Shown piece by piece: positions 1-11,200 of a stretch of 64,000 nt of DNA. The notes under the pieces were generated by a model. It was not told where the DNA came from, made no database searches, and saw nothing but the letters and a program-made list of their open reading frames with translations. Location: assembly GCA_964016885.1 (NCBI GenBank), contig OZ024742.1, positions 317,688,001 through 317,752,000 of the forward strand. Reading direction: 5' to 3'. The translations under genes were made by a program, and so were the position numbers. This DNA is from Eledone cirrhosa (taxonomy: Eukaryota). Every line of letters begins with the position of its first letter. The stretch's first letter is position 1.

Positions 1-794
1 AAGGAGACTGCCATTGTACCATTCCATAGTTTCGGTTGTCTACGGTGTGATTTATCTCCTGCTTCGTTGCATAATACAATTAAAAGTCAATATATGTTTG
101 GTGATCCATGACGTTTTCCTCTTGAAGCATCTTTTAAAATGGTTATTCGTTACTGGTTTATTCCACAGTTCTTGTGAATCGTAAGTCATTCTATCTAATG
201 TTATATATATATAGCTAAAGCTCAATGTCCATTGTAATGTGGGTGTCTTAGTTCGGATGCCCGATATCTTATGGACTCCATTTACTCTGCGGAGAAGTGT
301 ACGTATAGTTGTTGTTGTCTAGCCCTTAGTCAGCATTAATTTCATCAAAAGCGCTTTTTTTGTATACCAGGGAGTACGTAGTTGAATATAGGCTTCTCCA
401 TTAAAAACTATACTGTGTGATATGAGAGTGATTTGGCTACTATTTCTAGCATGGCAAACGAGCCTATTTAGGTAAAATTGTTACACGTGTTACGAGTGTC
501 ACGCGTTGTGTGTTTGAGCAAGTTATTTCATTTCCCGCTATTCCAGTCCACTAAGCTGAAAATGGAAACCATTGGCGGCTGGTGTGTTAGACCGACGACG
601 TACTGATTGGAGTCTTGTACTCTCAATCAGTTAACACCTAACCTGTCTAACTCGCACAAGCATGGTAAATCGGATGTAAAATGATAACTCTTATCGAGTA
701 TAGGAATTGTTAGGGCATACTTTAAAAATTGACTATTACTATGTTATTATCCTTTTGGAGTTCTACAGTGCATTATTGTTTAAGAGAACATAAT

Positions 795-1080
795 TTTTTC
801 TACTTTTGGCACAAGGCCAGCAATTATCCAGTGCATTACTGGTACTTTATTTTATCGACCCCGTAAGGATGAAAGGAAAGTTAACCTCGGCGGGATTTGA
901 ACTCAGAATGGCAAGGGCCGTAATTCTATGCGGTGTCTGACCCTCTACCGATACTGTCAATCCACCGCCCCGATGTGTTTAAGAGAATATAATTGTTTCT
1001 ACTTTTGGCACAAGGCCAGCAATTACCCAGTGTATTACTGGTACTTTATTTTATCGACCCCGTAAGGATGAAAGGCAAAC
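795..1080 (-). mobile_element. tRNA/CORE-type SINE, one full copy (795-971) plus a partial copy
   Basis: B-box-like GAGTTCAAATCCC and CORE-like TTCATCCTTACGGGGTCGATAAAATAAAGTACC; flank TGTTTAAGAGAA.ATAATT is duplicated. Confidence 0.75.
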
Positions 1081-1394
1081 TTTTATCCGCAAATTGGTAA
1101 GGCTGCGAATCTTATCGAATGCACTGAGATGTTTCAATCATATCTCTGATTTTACTAGCTCATATCTTATTAAATATTAAATAAACCACAAGAAGAAATG
1201 TTGATATGAGGTCGTATGGTTTGCATATAAAAATCTAGTTTTCCCTTTTCATACGTTTTTATAAATATATTACGAAACACATGCACATCCACATATTTAC
1301 ACCAAGAAAAACATCCTCAGAGGGTGAGTATTTCTGCTAGCATATACATATCTAAAGTCTAAAGTCTGTCTTAAGTCATTTAAGGCTCGTTAGG

Positions 1395-1580
1395 TCGGTG
1401 CTTATAAGTACAAGACTCACCCCTGGACAGGACGCCAGTCCATCGCAGGGTTAAACCCCCAGCTATTGATGGCACTCATTTTCTGCTGAGTATACTGTAA
1501 CAACATGAAATGAAGTGTTTTGCTCAAGAACACAACACGCAACTTGGCCCAGGAATCGAACACCCTTACCACGAGGCCAC
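1395..1580 (-). mobile_element. Second tRNA-derived SINE family
   Basis: Reverse GTTCGATTCCTGG B-box followed by TTGTGTTCTTGAGCAAAACACTT; related head at 34584-34660 (+). Confidence 0.55.
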
Positions 1581-2349
1581 GTGCCTCCACATGTACATAT
1601 ATATGGGGTTATTTTTATACACTTGTATGTTTGTATGACATTTTCAGTGCGTTTATTTAACTATACATACACTTATCTGTTCGTGTGTATAATTGTATAA
1701 ATGCATCGTATTAAGGTATCTATTTATTACCCTATTTATCAAATTAAATTTAACCTAATGCCCTCACCAACTGTAACAACTTCATCACCATCACTGCTAT
1801 CACCAAAGCCACCACCATTGATAACCATCCTCATCGCTGCGACAATTGCTGCAACTGCTAGACTCACAGATGCCAGCAACTTCAACTGCTGCCACAACTG
1901 TAGATCTTACTGTTACTACTCCCCCATCCTCTTTTTAGCTGCTTATATGATTTTCAATCTTCAGCTGCAGTCAATACCGTTTAAGGTTGTTCAATTGTGT
2001 TTTGTTGTTACAATTACTGTTATTGTTTTACTGGGAAATCTTTTAAAATGTACCTGACAGAGTATGACATAACCTTTTCATATTGATTAGTTAGAAATTC
2101 TCCCAGCCCAGAACAACTACAGTAGTAGGGAGTGAATGTGATAGCTTGAAATAGCATCCAAAACTTTCCTAAATCAAAACCTCTCTGTTCTAAAGTGTGG
2201 AAGGCAACATAAGATAATGTAGTCATAGATACTTCCAAAAAGACAGAAGAATCTCTGCTGAAATGTCTTTTCTGTCTGATGAGGCTTGGTATGAAGCTAA
2301 ACAATAACAACTACAGCTCAACGTGAACAATATATACGGGTTCATGTGC

Positions 2350-2386
<37 letters not shown>

Positions 2387-2437
2387 TTACTCCTGATGAT
2401 TTCTCACGAATGAAACAGTTCTAGTCCTGTAGAAGCT

Positions 2438-2483
<46 letters not shown>

Positions 2484-2552
2484 AATGACGGGGTTAATTT
2501 AGAGTAAGAAAATGCGAAGTAGTTTGAGATATTAAAGTCCTTTATTGATAAG

Positions 2553-2627
2553 GCTGTGATATATATTTCAATGACGACAGTAGCCACGCGATTCCGTGTA
2601 CCCAGTGCCATGATCTCATCAGACAGC
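2553..2627 (-). ncRNA. Type I hammerhead ribozyme (left arm)
   Basis: Reverse-complement copy with intact CTGATGA and GAAA cores. Confidence 0.72.
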
Positions 2628-2801
2628 TTCCCACATAATAAGGTTATGTTCTCGAGGCAATCCACATTGAAACGACAAGGGAACGGACAAAGATGGTGTA
2701 CTTGAAGCCTTCGCCCGTTCCCTTCAAGTACACCATCTTTGTCCGTTCCCTTGTCGTTTCAATTTAGATTGCCTCGCGAACGTAACCTTATTATGTAAGA
2801 A

Positions 2802-2876
2802 GCTGTCTGATGAGATCATGGCACTGGGTACGCGGAATCGCGTGGCCACTGTTGTCATTGAAATATATATCACAGC
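2802..2876 (+). ncRNA. Type I hammerhead ribozyme (right arm)
   Basis: GCTGT-CTGATGA-[extended stem II with TACGCG/CGCGTG]-GAAA-TATATA-TC-ACAGC. Confidence 0.75.
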
Positions 2877-3199
2877 CTTATCAATAAAGGACTTTAACAT
2901 CTGAAACTACTTCGCATGTATATTACATTTATATGTGCATATATATGTACGTGTATGTATGTATGTATGTATGTATGTATGTATGTATGTATGTATGTAT
3001 GTATGTATGTATGAATGTATGTATGTATGTATGTATTATCGTGTCGGTGTCGTTCGTTGTTTCTGGTATCTGAGAATTTAGTTCTTTCCCATTTTTCTAT
3101 TAGCTCCTCAATGACGACGACACTGATGATTGAGGAACCCAATTGATCCATAGAACCTGTGATGACTCAGCTGGCAATTGGGAGCAGGTTAAGTGCGTG

Positions 3200-3830
3200 G
3201 TTGATATGTCGGATAATTCTCTTCTCTTCTTTTAGTTTCGAAAATCGAAAGTTTCTTTGACGGTAAATTGACGCCAGTGGAAAGGTTGTTATGCAAATGG
3301 TTTTCATTTGCTTAAGATTTTACTTTAGTTGACCTTTGTATCAGCAGAAAAGACATCACGTAGTGTCTTCCTTGTTGTAGGTTCGCTAAAGTGTATTTTA
3401 TCAAGCAGTCCATTTCCCTTCGTCCTGGCGATATATCATGACTATCGAAGACGGTGTTTCATGATGGTAGTTTCTAGGCTTTAGCTGTTTGCACTATTAT
3501 GGACATAGGAGTTAGTTATATGGTCCTACCATTTGATGTTGAAAATGGAGCCAAGCTTTTGTTAACGAAAAAGGTCGAGCCTTTTATATTTCGTCGATAG
3601 AGTCCACGTTTCTCAACTATACTGCAAGGTAGGAATGATGACCGCTTGGTAGACCATCTGTTTTGTTTTTTGGTCCAGATCTTCGTTCTTGACGATTCGC
3701 TTTACCAATTTATCAAAAGCTGCAGCATGAACTGATACTATTCTGTTTTCAACATCTTTTGCAGAAGTAAATTTGCTGGAATATAGATGCCCAAGCTATG
3801 GAATGAGATCAACTCTTCCAGAGATGAACC
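3200..3830 (-). pseudogene. Degenerate RTE (BovB-like) LINE fragment
   Basis: Minus-strand TKQMVYQAVIIPTL..ETWT, typical of the post-RT region of RTE. Confidence 0.55.
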
Positions 3831-4059
3831 CTTCAATATGTACAGAGAAAATTATGTAGATAAATGTAGTAAACACCAATGCAAAAAATTGAGTGTGTAG
3901 AATGTTAAGATAAACTAAATAAAATGTAAAAGGCGGCATAATCAAATAAAAATTTAATTGGGGGAAATAGGCGCGAGAAATATTTCCCACATGCTAATTT
4001 AGTTATATAGTAAATAAAGTCCTTTTTATATTCACTGATTGGGTAGAAGATCACTGGTG

Positions 4060-5450
4060 AAAAATAAATCATGCTACGTTTTACATTTTTTCCTGTATTT
4101 AAATAAAAACAATTTCTAATAAAGTTTGGCTTATAACCACTGACTGTTCTTCGATTTCTTCTTTCGATGATTTAATAATAATATCATTATGTAAATACTG
4201 AATGTTCTCTCCTGAATCATTTTTCAATAGTGTTTCATTATTAATGGAGAGCTGCATCACTGAAAACGTTTTTTAGGGTGGTTAAACTGTTTATTCATGA
4301 CGAAATGTTTCTCGATCTGTTTATTATATGGACTAAATGTGTTAATCCATAAATTTAGCTCCATGTCGTAAAAGTTCTTTCTCTTCTCAGTTTCATGAGA
4401 ATCTTTTTTATGTGAGGAAATTGAAGGGCTTTCTGAGATCTCTTTGTAAAATTGCGGGATCATAATTTTTTTATAACAGTAGTCCATCATCTCATATAAG
4501 CCTTCTTTGAACGGAAAATTCTTCATGCAATATATACAGGCCAACTAAATAATTAATTTTAGCCGAATCTTTCGATCCCATATTAATATCGACGTCCGTT
4601 GCTGTGTTTCCTTATACAGTATAGTATAGTAGTAAAATTATAGGGATTTACATCCTAAAAGTATAGTTACTTTTAGATAGGCGTCATGTTGGTGATAAAT
4701 CTAGTATCGTTTATTACATTCATAATTATTATTACATTCATAATTAAAACAACTTATAATTGATTTAATGTTACTTCATGGTGACATCTTAAATTTATAC
4801 TTAACCTTAGAGAATGTAGAGTCTTATGTATTTTTGCTGATTGTGTTTATAACGGATTTAGATTGGTTGAACAATCTGACAGAGTCTTGGGAGAAGTCAG
4901 TTGTATGATCTTTTAAGGTAGAATACGGCTCATAAAGCTGAAGTGTGCCTATTCTATTATCAATCTAGTAGAAGCCGAATTAGAGAGGAATTTTTGGTAT
5001 ATGCTTTTGCCTATCTTATATGTTTTTGCTTTGTTTTTTTTTGGGGGGGGGGGTTATAAGAGTTTACAAATAGCTTCATTCTGGTTGTTTCTTTTTTTTT
5101 TTCGCGCCGGTTGGTGTAGAAAATAAATCTGATGTTCTTTGTCATATAAATTTAGTCATCTTTGAAAGGTATGGCATTCGGTAGTGGACACAGAGCAATC
5201 TTTCGTCTGAAGATATGTTTTGTTGTGCTCTCTTGGTTGACTTTATTATGAAAATAAATCTTCCGCCTGTGTTGTTTGATAAAACCTTCAGTCTTTGAGA
5301 GTAAGATTTTTAATGGTTTGTTTTTAAAATGTGATTTGTTGTGGTTTATTCCTCATAGTTTAATCATATATTCAATATTCAGTTAGTGCTCTCATTATGT
5401 AGTCACCTCTTTTGGGGTGGTTTTAATAGATGTTTGTTTTGAGGATTTGT
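4060..5450 (-). pseudogene. Degenerate PLE (Naiad-type) RT remnant
   Basis: Minus-strand translation near 4590-4525 gives DINMGSKDSAKINYLVGLYIL; ORF 4257..4544 has LNLWINTFSPYNK..FNHPK, paralleling the 40068 ORF. Boundaries are approximate. Confidence 0.55.
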
Positions 5451-5477
5451 GAAATAAACGTATTAAACATATACTGA

Positions 5478-5810
5478 ATGAATAAATATTTATATAAACA
5501 AGAAAATACTGATTCATATTCGCCATCATATATAGGCTTCAATGTGATCACCTTTAAAAGAAGTTACTACCAACATCTATTTTTTAAAAAAAACGGTAAT
5601 AGACGGTTTAGTTCCTCAATACTGACATACGTCAGGCAATTAAAGAACTCCGACAGAATTGTTATCGAAGATATTATCAAGAGCTAAGTCATACAAGTTG
5701 TGAATGTCAGAAAGGATGCTAGCAATGTACAGAAGAAAAGTATTAGATACTATTTGTTAAGTATCTATTATTAAATAGAAATTCAGGACATATATTTTCA
5801 TGCAGACACT
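5478..5810 (+). pseudogene. Degenerate PLE GIY-YIG endonuclease remnant
   Basis: YIGFNVITFKRSYYQH...LTYVRQLK, then RAKSY and C..CTEEK in another frame; (TA)n follows at ~6000. Confidence 0.55.
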
Positions 5811-6003
5811 CCACGTGTATTTCCTAACGATATTTTAAACCAATAGATTGATTTATAAACTAGTATCTAAACTTAGTTAATGGCTATATATAGCAAAATG
5901 TTTATCTACCAGTAGTATTGTTTTGAAAAGCCGGTGTCACAGAAAAACATCGAAGTAAACAATCATTATTTATATAATTTATATATTTGTATATAGATAT
6001 ACT

Positions 6004-6058
<55 letters not shown>

Positions 6059-6357
6059 TTCAAGAGTAACCAATCTTAAAGAGAGAGATGGAGATAGTAG
6101 AGGAGATATGAGAGGAGAGATTGGTGAGTTAGTTAGAAGCCAAAGCGTAAAGGCATGTACTCAATGTGCAATATGCAGTAGAAAGCAGCTAGGTGGCTGG
6201 GTTCATGCAGAAGCTAGGTGCGCAGAGCTGGAAATATTCATTAGTTAAGCAAAACAAGACGAACAAACTTCACAAGGAAGACATTATTAAAAGATTGTCA
6301 ACATATTTTAGTTTGATGTAAGGAATGTAGAGAATAATAATAATAATATTAATAATA

Positions 6358-6460
6358 ATTGTTTCTACTTTTGGCACAAGGCCAGCAATTACCCAGTACA
6401 TTACTGGTACTTTATTTTATCGACCCCATAAGGATGAAAGGCAAAGTTAACCTCGGCGGG
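6358..6460 (-). mobile_element. 5'-truncated SINE in (TAA)n
   Basis: Same family as 795-971. Confidence 0.7.
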
Positions 6461-6646
6461 TAATAATAATAATGTCCGTTTACAATTGTTTCGCTACTCC
6501 ATATCATATTTCTGGATCAGATGACTATATATCATAATTGATCTGGTTCAGTTGAAAATAATTAACATATTTAAAAAACAGAGTGGCTCATCGGAACTTC
6601 AAAGGAATATAAATTAAAATAATGGGATAATGTTACATAATATAAT

Positions 6647-6829
6647 TGTTTCTACTTTTTGGCACAAGGCCAGTAATTACCCAGTACATTACTGGTACTT
6701 TATTTTATCGACCCCGTAAGGATGAAAGGCAAAGTTAGCCTCGGCGGGATTTGAACTCAGAAGTTAAAGGGACGTAACTATGCTGGAAAGCATGGCGTCC
6801 GACTCTCTACCGATACTGCCAATCCACCA
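6647..6829 (-). mobile_element. SINE with 17-bp TSD
   Basis: ATGTTACATAATATAAT at 6630-6646 and 6834-6850. Confidence 0.8.
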
Positions 6830-7258
6830 TATTATGTTACATAATATAATGTTCCATATATTGGTTTATACTATGGTGTCTTGGTTGCATCAGCTGTCAG
6901 CCATAATCAAGCAGTATTCATCTGTTGAGGCTGCATTGTGTGAGATCTGCCTATAGGTAACCTTATATTATGTAACATTATCCCATTAATTTAATTTATA
7001 TTCCTTTGAAGTTCCGATGAGTTCTGTTTTTTAAATATGTTAATTATTTTCAACCGAACCAGATCAATTATGATATATAGTCATCTGATCCAGAAATATT
7101 ATATGGAGTAGCGAAACAATTGTAAGCGGACATTATTATTATTAATATTATTATTATTATTCTCTACATTCCTTACATCAAACTAAAATATGTTGACAAT
7201 CTTTTAATAATGTCTTCTTCCTTGTGAAGTTTGTGGTCTTGTTTTGCTTCACTAATGA

Positions 7259-7298
<40 letters not shown>

Positions 7299-7301
<3 letters not shown>

Positions 7302-7472
7302 TGGATATATAAATGGAGCAAGAAACGCTGGTCAGCCCAAGAAGACATACGTCAAGCAACTTGGGGACGATACTGGATGCACTGCGAAGAACTGGCAAAC
7401 GCTATGAGAGACAGAGATGGATGGAGGAAACGTGTCGTAGAAAGCCGAGCAAGCTCGACCTGATGATGATGA
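7299..7472 (+). mobile_element. RTE/RTEX-like LINE 3' end with (TGA)n tail
   Basis: ELANAMRDRDGWRKRV followed by TGATGATGATGA. Confidence 0.55.
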
Positions 7473-7771
7473 GATAGACCGACAGACAAATAGATAGATA
7501 GATAGATAGATAGATTTCTTTATTTACCATAAAGGCATAAAAAGAAGGGACAAATACAAAGGGGGAGTTTACATATAATCGAGTAAAAAGGGTTTAACAT
7601 GAAAATAATCGAAAATAACCTCAAAAGGGAGGGGACGTGATGGGGGTTGCACACACCCCCGAAAAAGTGTGCAATCCTTTGCCCGGGGAGCACATGGAGA
7701 AGGTGCTCCCCTCTCCTTTACTTCTTTACCTACAGGATGGTATACAGAGAAGGCCCATTTACACGAGCCAT

Positions 7772-10700
7772 TCACGCCACTATCACCCACCTTTCATAAA
7801 ACTGCCTGTGGCCAAGCACCTCTCTCTCCATTCTTATCCTTCTTCCGAAGTGATATCGGAAGAAGTAGACCAGACTATGGCCAGAGAGGAAGTTGCCTGA
7901 CCTCAGACCTTTCAATCGTGTCCACCAAACAACCTCTTTCAACATGGCTATTACGCACAGAAAAACCGCCTTTGCTTCCTTTGTGAAGAGGGGAGGCGGT
8001 TTGATTGTCATCACGGACTCGGCGGTCAATTTAATCGGCGCCACCCGCGACAGCAGTCGTTCGGCGTAGCCCCACAGATCAGCCACGCCCGGACATTGCA
8101 CCAATGCGTGCGCAGCGGTTTCTTCGTGACGCACGCATCTAGGGCAAATCTTTTTTGAGGGATCCCTGCCCGGGCGCCCGTGTCTGTAGAGCCTCTCTCG
8201 AACGGGTAGAGCCCCCCGGTAGCACTGCCAGGCCAGTGACTTCTGGAAGTTGTCCATTGGTCCTGGGCCGAAAGTCCTACCGAACAGGCTGGCCAGTTCG
8301 TCTTCTTCCATGTCCAGCGACTCTCCAAGGGTGTCATCGCCCCTGCTAGCCACCAGCCCTCTATAGAATGATGAGGTGGATTCTCCACCGATGGCCTGGC
8401 CCGCTTGCCAGAGAGCCCTGAGCGCCTGAGCACACTCAGTGTGCCAGTCTCCCAGTTTTCCGGATCTTTGCTTGACCCAGGACTGTAGCTCGGTGAGTGA
8501 GACGAGTCTCGGAAAGGCTCGTTTCACGAACGGAGCCCACACCGGTTGACCAGTGAGGAATACCTGTAGGTGCCGTAGCCTTAATGCGTGCCTACGCATC
8601 ATCAACCACGGCATCCCCAGCCCTCCTTTCGAAGGTTGTTGGCAGCAGATGGATCTGCTCACCATAGGAGGACGCTTCTTCCAAAGAAATTGGAAGAGCA
8701 TGCGTTCCATGGTGGTGAGTGTTTCCTTAGGGCAAGGCACGACAGTCAGGCGGTAGTAAGTGACGGACGCTATGTAAATGTTCGCCACCTCCGCCCGGCC
8801 TTTTAGGGACAGCTTACACTTGGCCCATTTCTGGGTTAGTGCAAACACCTTGTTCGTAACCTCGTTCCAGTTCTTTTCCACCTGGAGGTCCGGTCCAAAC
8901 CAGACCCCAAGCAACTTTACCGGGCCCTCCGTCCAGTGTCCGACGACACCGTCAGGAGGCATCGGTCTGCCTCTCCACGTTCCGAGTTGCAGCCCGATGG
9001 ATTTTTCCCGGTTCAGTTTCGCTCCTGACAACCTTTCGTACTCCTCCAGTAAGGTACCGATCGCCTCGATCTCCGAGTCGGTTGATACCATTACTGTTAC
9101 GTCATCGGCGTAGGCCGACACCGCTTTGCTCAATCCTGGTTCCAGGGGGATACCCTGCAACAACTCCAACTTCCTCAGTAAAGGCTCGAGAGTCAATACG
9201 TACAGAAGGGAGGAGAGAGGGCACCCCTGTCGAATGGATCGTGTGATTTCGAACGGCTTCAAAAGGTAGCCGTTCACCTTGATCCTAGAACAGATGTGGT
9301 TGCTATGTAGGGCAGTGATCCAGCCTCTGAAAACAGGACCGAACCCAGCCGCCGCTAGCACCGCATCCAGGTAACCATGGTCGACCCTATCGAAGGCCTT
9401 AGACTGATCTAAGTTGATCAGGGCCCCACCGAAGCCGGGTTTGTTGCCAACCCTCTCTATGATGTATCGCATGAGGTGGAGGTTATCGTGAATGGACCTG
9501 GATGGGATAGCACATGTCTGCGCATCTCCCACCAGGCCACTCACGACAAGCGCCAACCTCTTTGCTAATACCTTGGCCAAAATCTTTAACTCTGTGTTTA
9601 GCAGGGTTATGGGCCGAAAATTATTCATATTATCCCCCTTGTTCTCGTCCTTCCTCACCAGCGTGACTACGCCCTTGGCTACAGAACAAGGAATTCTCCC
9701 GTTCTGCTGCCAATTGCAGTAGACCGCTTCGAGGAGTTCGGAGAAGAAGACCGGCATTGCTAAATAAAGTTCGTAAGGTATACCATCGAGACCTGGAGAT
9801 TTGCGTCTGCTGCATTGGCTCAGCGCATCTCCGATCTCATCAGCCGAGATTGGTCCCTCGCAGGACTCTGCCTCTTCGTTCGAGAGACGCGGCAGGCCGT
9901 CGAGGTATGGACCGAAATCCACGCCCCCGCCCGGACCCTCGCCTCCCCCGAACAATCGGGCAAAGTGCCTTTGAAAGGCCTCGCACATCTGCTTAGGCTC
10001 CCGGATCACCCGTCCATCTTCGTCTTGCAACGACCGGATGGTGGATCGATTTCCACTCTTAGCTTCTGTCACGCGGGCCCATCCAACGGCTTTGGCCCCC
10101 TCATTACCTAGAGCACGTATTTTACTTCGAATGACGCAGCCTTCGTGCTTTGCATCGAAAAACTGGTTCAAGGCCGTCCTCGATGCCAGCACTCTGGCCA
10201 CATCTTCGCTCTTGATTGCCTCTTCTAATTTACCTGTTAATTCTTTCTCGTTTCTATTCCTATCGGCAGCTAACATCTTGCTATAACTTATTGATTCTGT
10301 TCTAATCTCTCTTTTGAGAGATGCCCACCATCGGTTGTTGACGATTGCACCCGTCAACCTCTCCTTAACTAATCTGCTAATCCGATTTCTGTAAGTCTCT
10401 TTTGCCGGTAAAGACAAATTAAGTTTCCAGTAACCGGGACCCTGTCTATGTGTTTTCTCGAGATTGACCACGCAGGTCACTAATTTGTGATCCGTGTAGC
10501 CAACCGTGCGCATTTCTGGACAGCTTAATATGTCCCTATCCTTACTTCTAACTAAGAATCTATCTAAGTACGATCTAGATTGACCACTGTGGTTTCTCCA
10601 AGTCCAGGTAGGCACAGTTGGAAAATCTAGTCGATATCTATCGACCAAGTTAAAACGGTCGAGTAACCCCTTGAGGCTGTTACACCCCCCTCTATTAGGA

Positions 10701-11167
10701 CATGCTCCTGCATAGTCCCAACGTGCATCCAGGATGTCATTCCAATCCCCCGCTAGAAGCAGGGAACGCGACGTTCCCAGAAAAGTCTCCAAACGCTGGA
10801 AGAAGTCGGGCCGTTCAGCTCCGAAAGGGGAGTAGACGGCGACCAGTCTCAAGGCCGCACTTTCACTACTGCCAACGTCTAGCACCAACAAACGACCCTC
10901 CGGGTCCGAGTGCACAACCTGTACAGCAAGACCCAGGTGTTTTTGCAGCAGTACGACAACCCCACCCCCACCTCCAGGTTGACAGAGAGATGCATGCACC
11001 TCAAAGTCATCGAAGGTGGGGGCCAGCTGCCGCACGACGCTGATTCGAGTCTCACAGATAACCATTACATTTATACTACATGACCTGAGGTCATTTAGAA
11101 GCTTTGCTTGCTTCCAAGTTGAGCTCAGGCCACGTGCATTCAAACATCCTACTCTTAACACATCCAT
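7772..11167 (-). CDS. LINE ORF2 protein: apurinic-like endonuclease + reverse transcriptase + C-terminal CCHC, 1131 aa
   Basis: EN motifs (LNARGL, ICET, GDWND, SYLDRF, TDH); RT motifs (KSPGLDG, FRPITLLN, DQSKAFDRVDH, RQGCPLS, AYADD); CPRCx8HALVQC. The stop TGA sits where other copies encode Arg, so ~14 C-terminal residues are lost. Confidence 0.95.
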   Translation of the reverse strand: MDVLRVGCLNARGLSSTWKQAKLLNDLRSCSINVMVICETRISVVRQLAPTFDDFEVHASLCQPGGGGGVVVLLQKHLGLAVQVVHSDPEGRLLVLDVGSSESAALRLVAVYSPFGAERPDFFQRLETFLGTSRSLLLAGDWNDILDARWDYAGACPNRGGCNSLKGLLDRFNLVDRYRLDFPTVPTWTWRNHSGQSRSYLDRFLVRSKDRDILSCPEMRTVGYTDHKLVTCVVNLEKTHRQGPGYWKLNLSLPAKETYRNRISRLVKERLTGAIVNNRWWASLKREIRTESISYSKMLAADRNRNEKELTGKLEEAIKSEDVARVLASRTALNQFFDAKHEGCVIRSKIRALGNEGAKAVGWARVTEAKSGNRSTIRSLQDEDGRVIREPKQMCEAFQRHFARLFGGGEGPGGGVDFGPYLDGLPRLSNEEAESCEGPISADEIGDALSQCSRRKSPGLDGIPYELYLAMPVFFSELLEAVYCNWQQNGRIPCSVAKGVVTLVRKDENKGDNMNNFRPITLLNTELKILAKVLAKRLALVVSGLVGDAQTCAIPSRSIHDNLHLMRYIIERVGNKPGFGGALINLDQSKAFDRVDHGYLDAVLAAAGFGPVFRGWITALHSNHICSRIKVNGYLLKPFEITRSIRQGCPLSSLLYVLTLEPLLRKLELLQGIPLEPGLSKAVSAYADDVTVMVSTDSEIEAIGTLLEEYERLSGAKLNREKSIGLQLGTWRGRPMPPDGVVGHWTEGPVKLLGVWFGPDLQVEKNWNEVTNKVFALTQKWAKCKLSLKGRAEVANIYIASVTYYRLTVVPCPKETLTTMERMLFQFLWKKRPPMVSRSICCQQPSKGGLGMPWLMMRRHALRLRHLQVFLTGQPVWAPFVKRAFPRLVSLTELQSWVKQRSGKLGDWHTECAQALRALWQAGQAIGGESTSSFYRGLVASRGDDTLGESLDMEEDELASLFGRTFGPGPMDNFQKSLAWQCYRGALPVRERLYRHGRPGRDPSKKICPRCVRHEETAAHALVQCPGVADLWGYAERLLSRVAPIKLTAESVMTIKPPPLFTKEAKAVFLCVIAMLKEVVWWTRLKGLRSGNFLSGHSLVYFFRYHFGRRIRMEREVLGHRQFYERWVIVA

Positions 11168-11200
11168 GTGGGCGGCAGAGCCAAAGGAGAGTGTAGAGAC

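Larger units (their letters stand above)
2512..2917. mobile_element. Palindromic element (196-bp arms, 14-nt loop) with a hammerhead in each arm; probable inverted PLE termini
   Basis: Arms 2512-2707 and 2722-2917 are reverse complements with few mismatches; TA-rich flanks. Confidence 0.8.
6235..7262. mobile_element. Large palindrome (PLE-terminus-like) interrupted by two SINEs in the left arm
   Basis: 6235-6645 minus the SINE mirrors 6964-7262; degenerate hammerhead (CCGATGA...GAAA-CAATTG-TA); (TA)n at 6000-6055 and 7260-7298. Confidence 0.7.

Noticed and set aside
4257-4544. Possible host exon
   Set aside because: Motifs align better with a decayed PLE RT.
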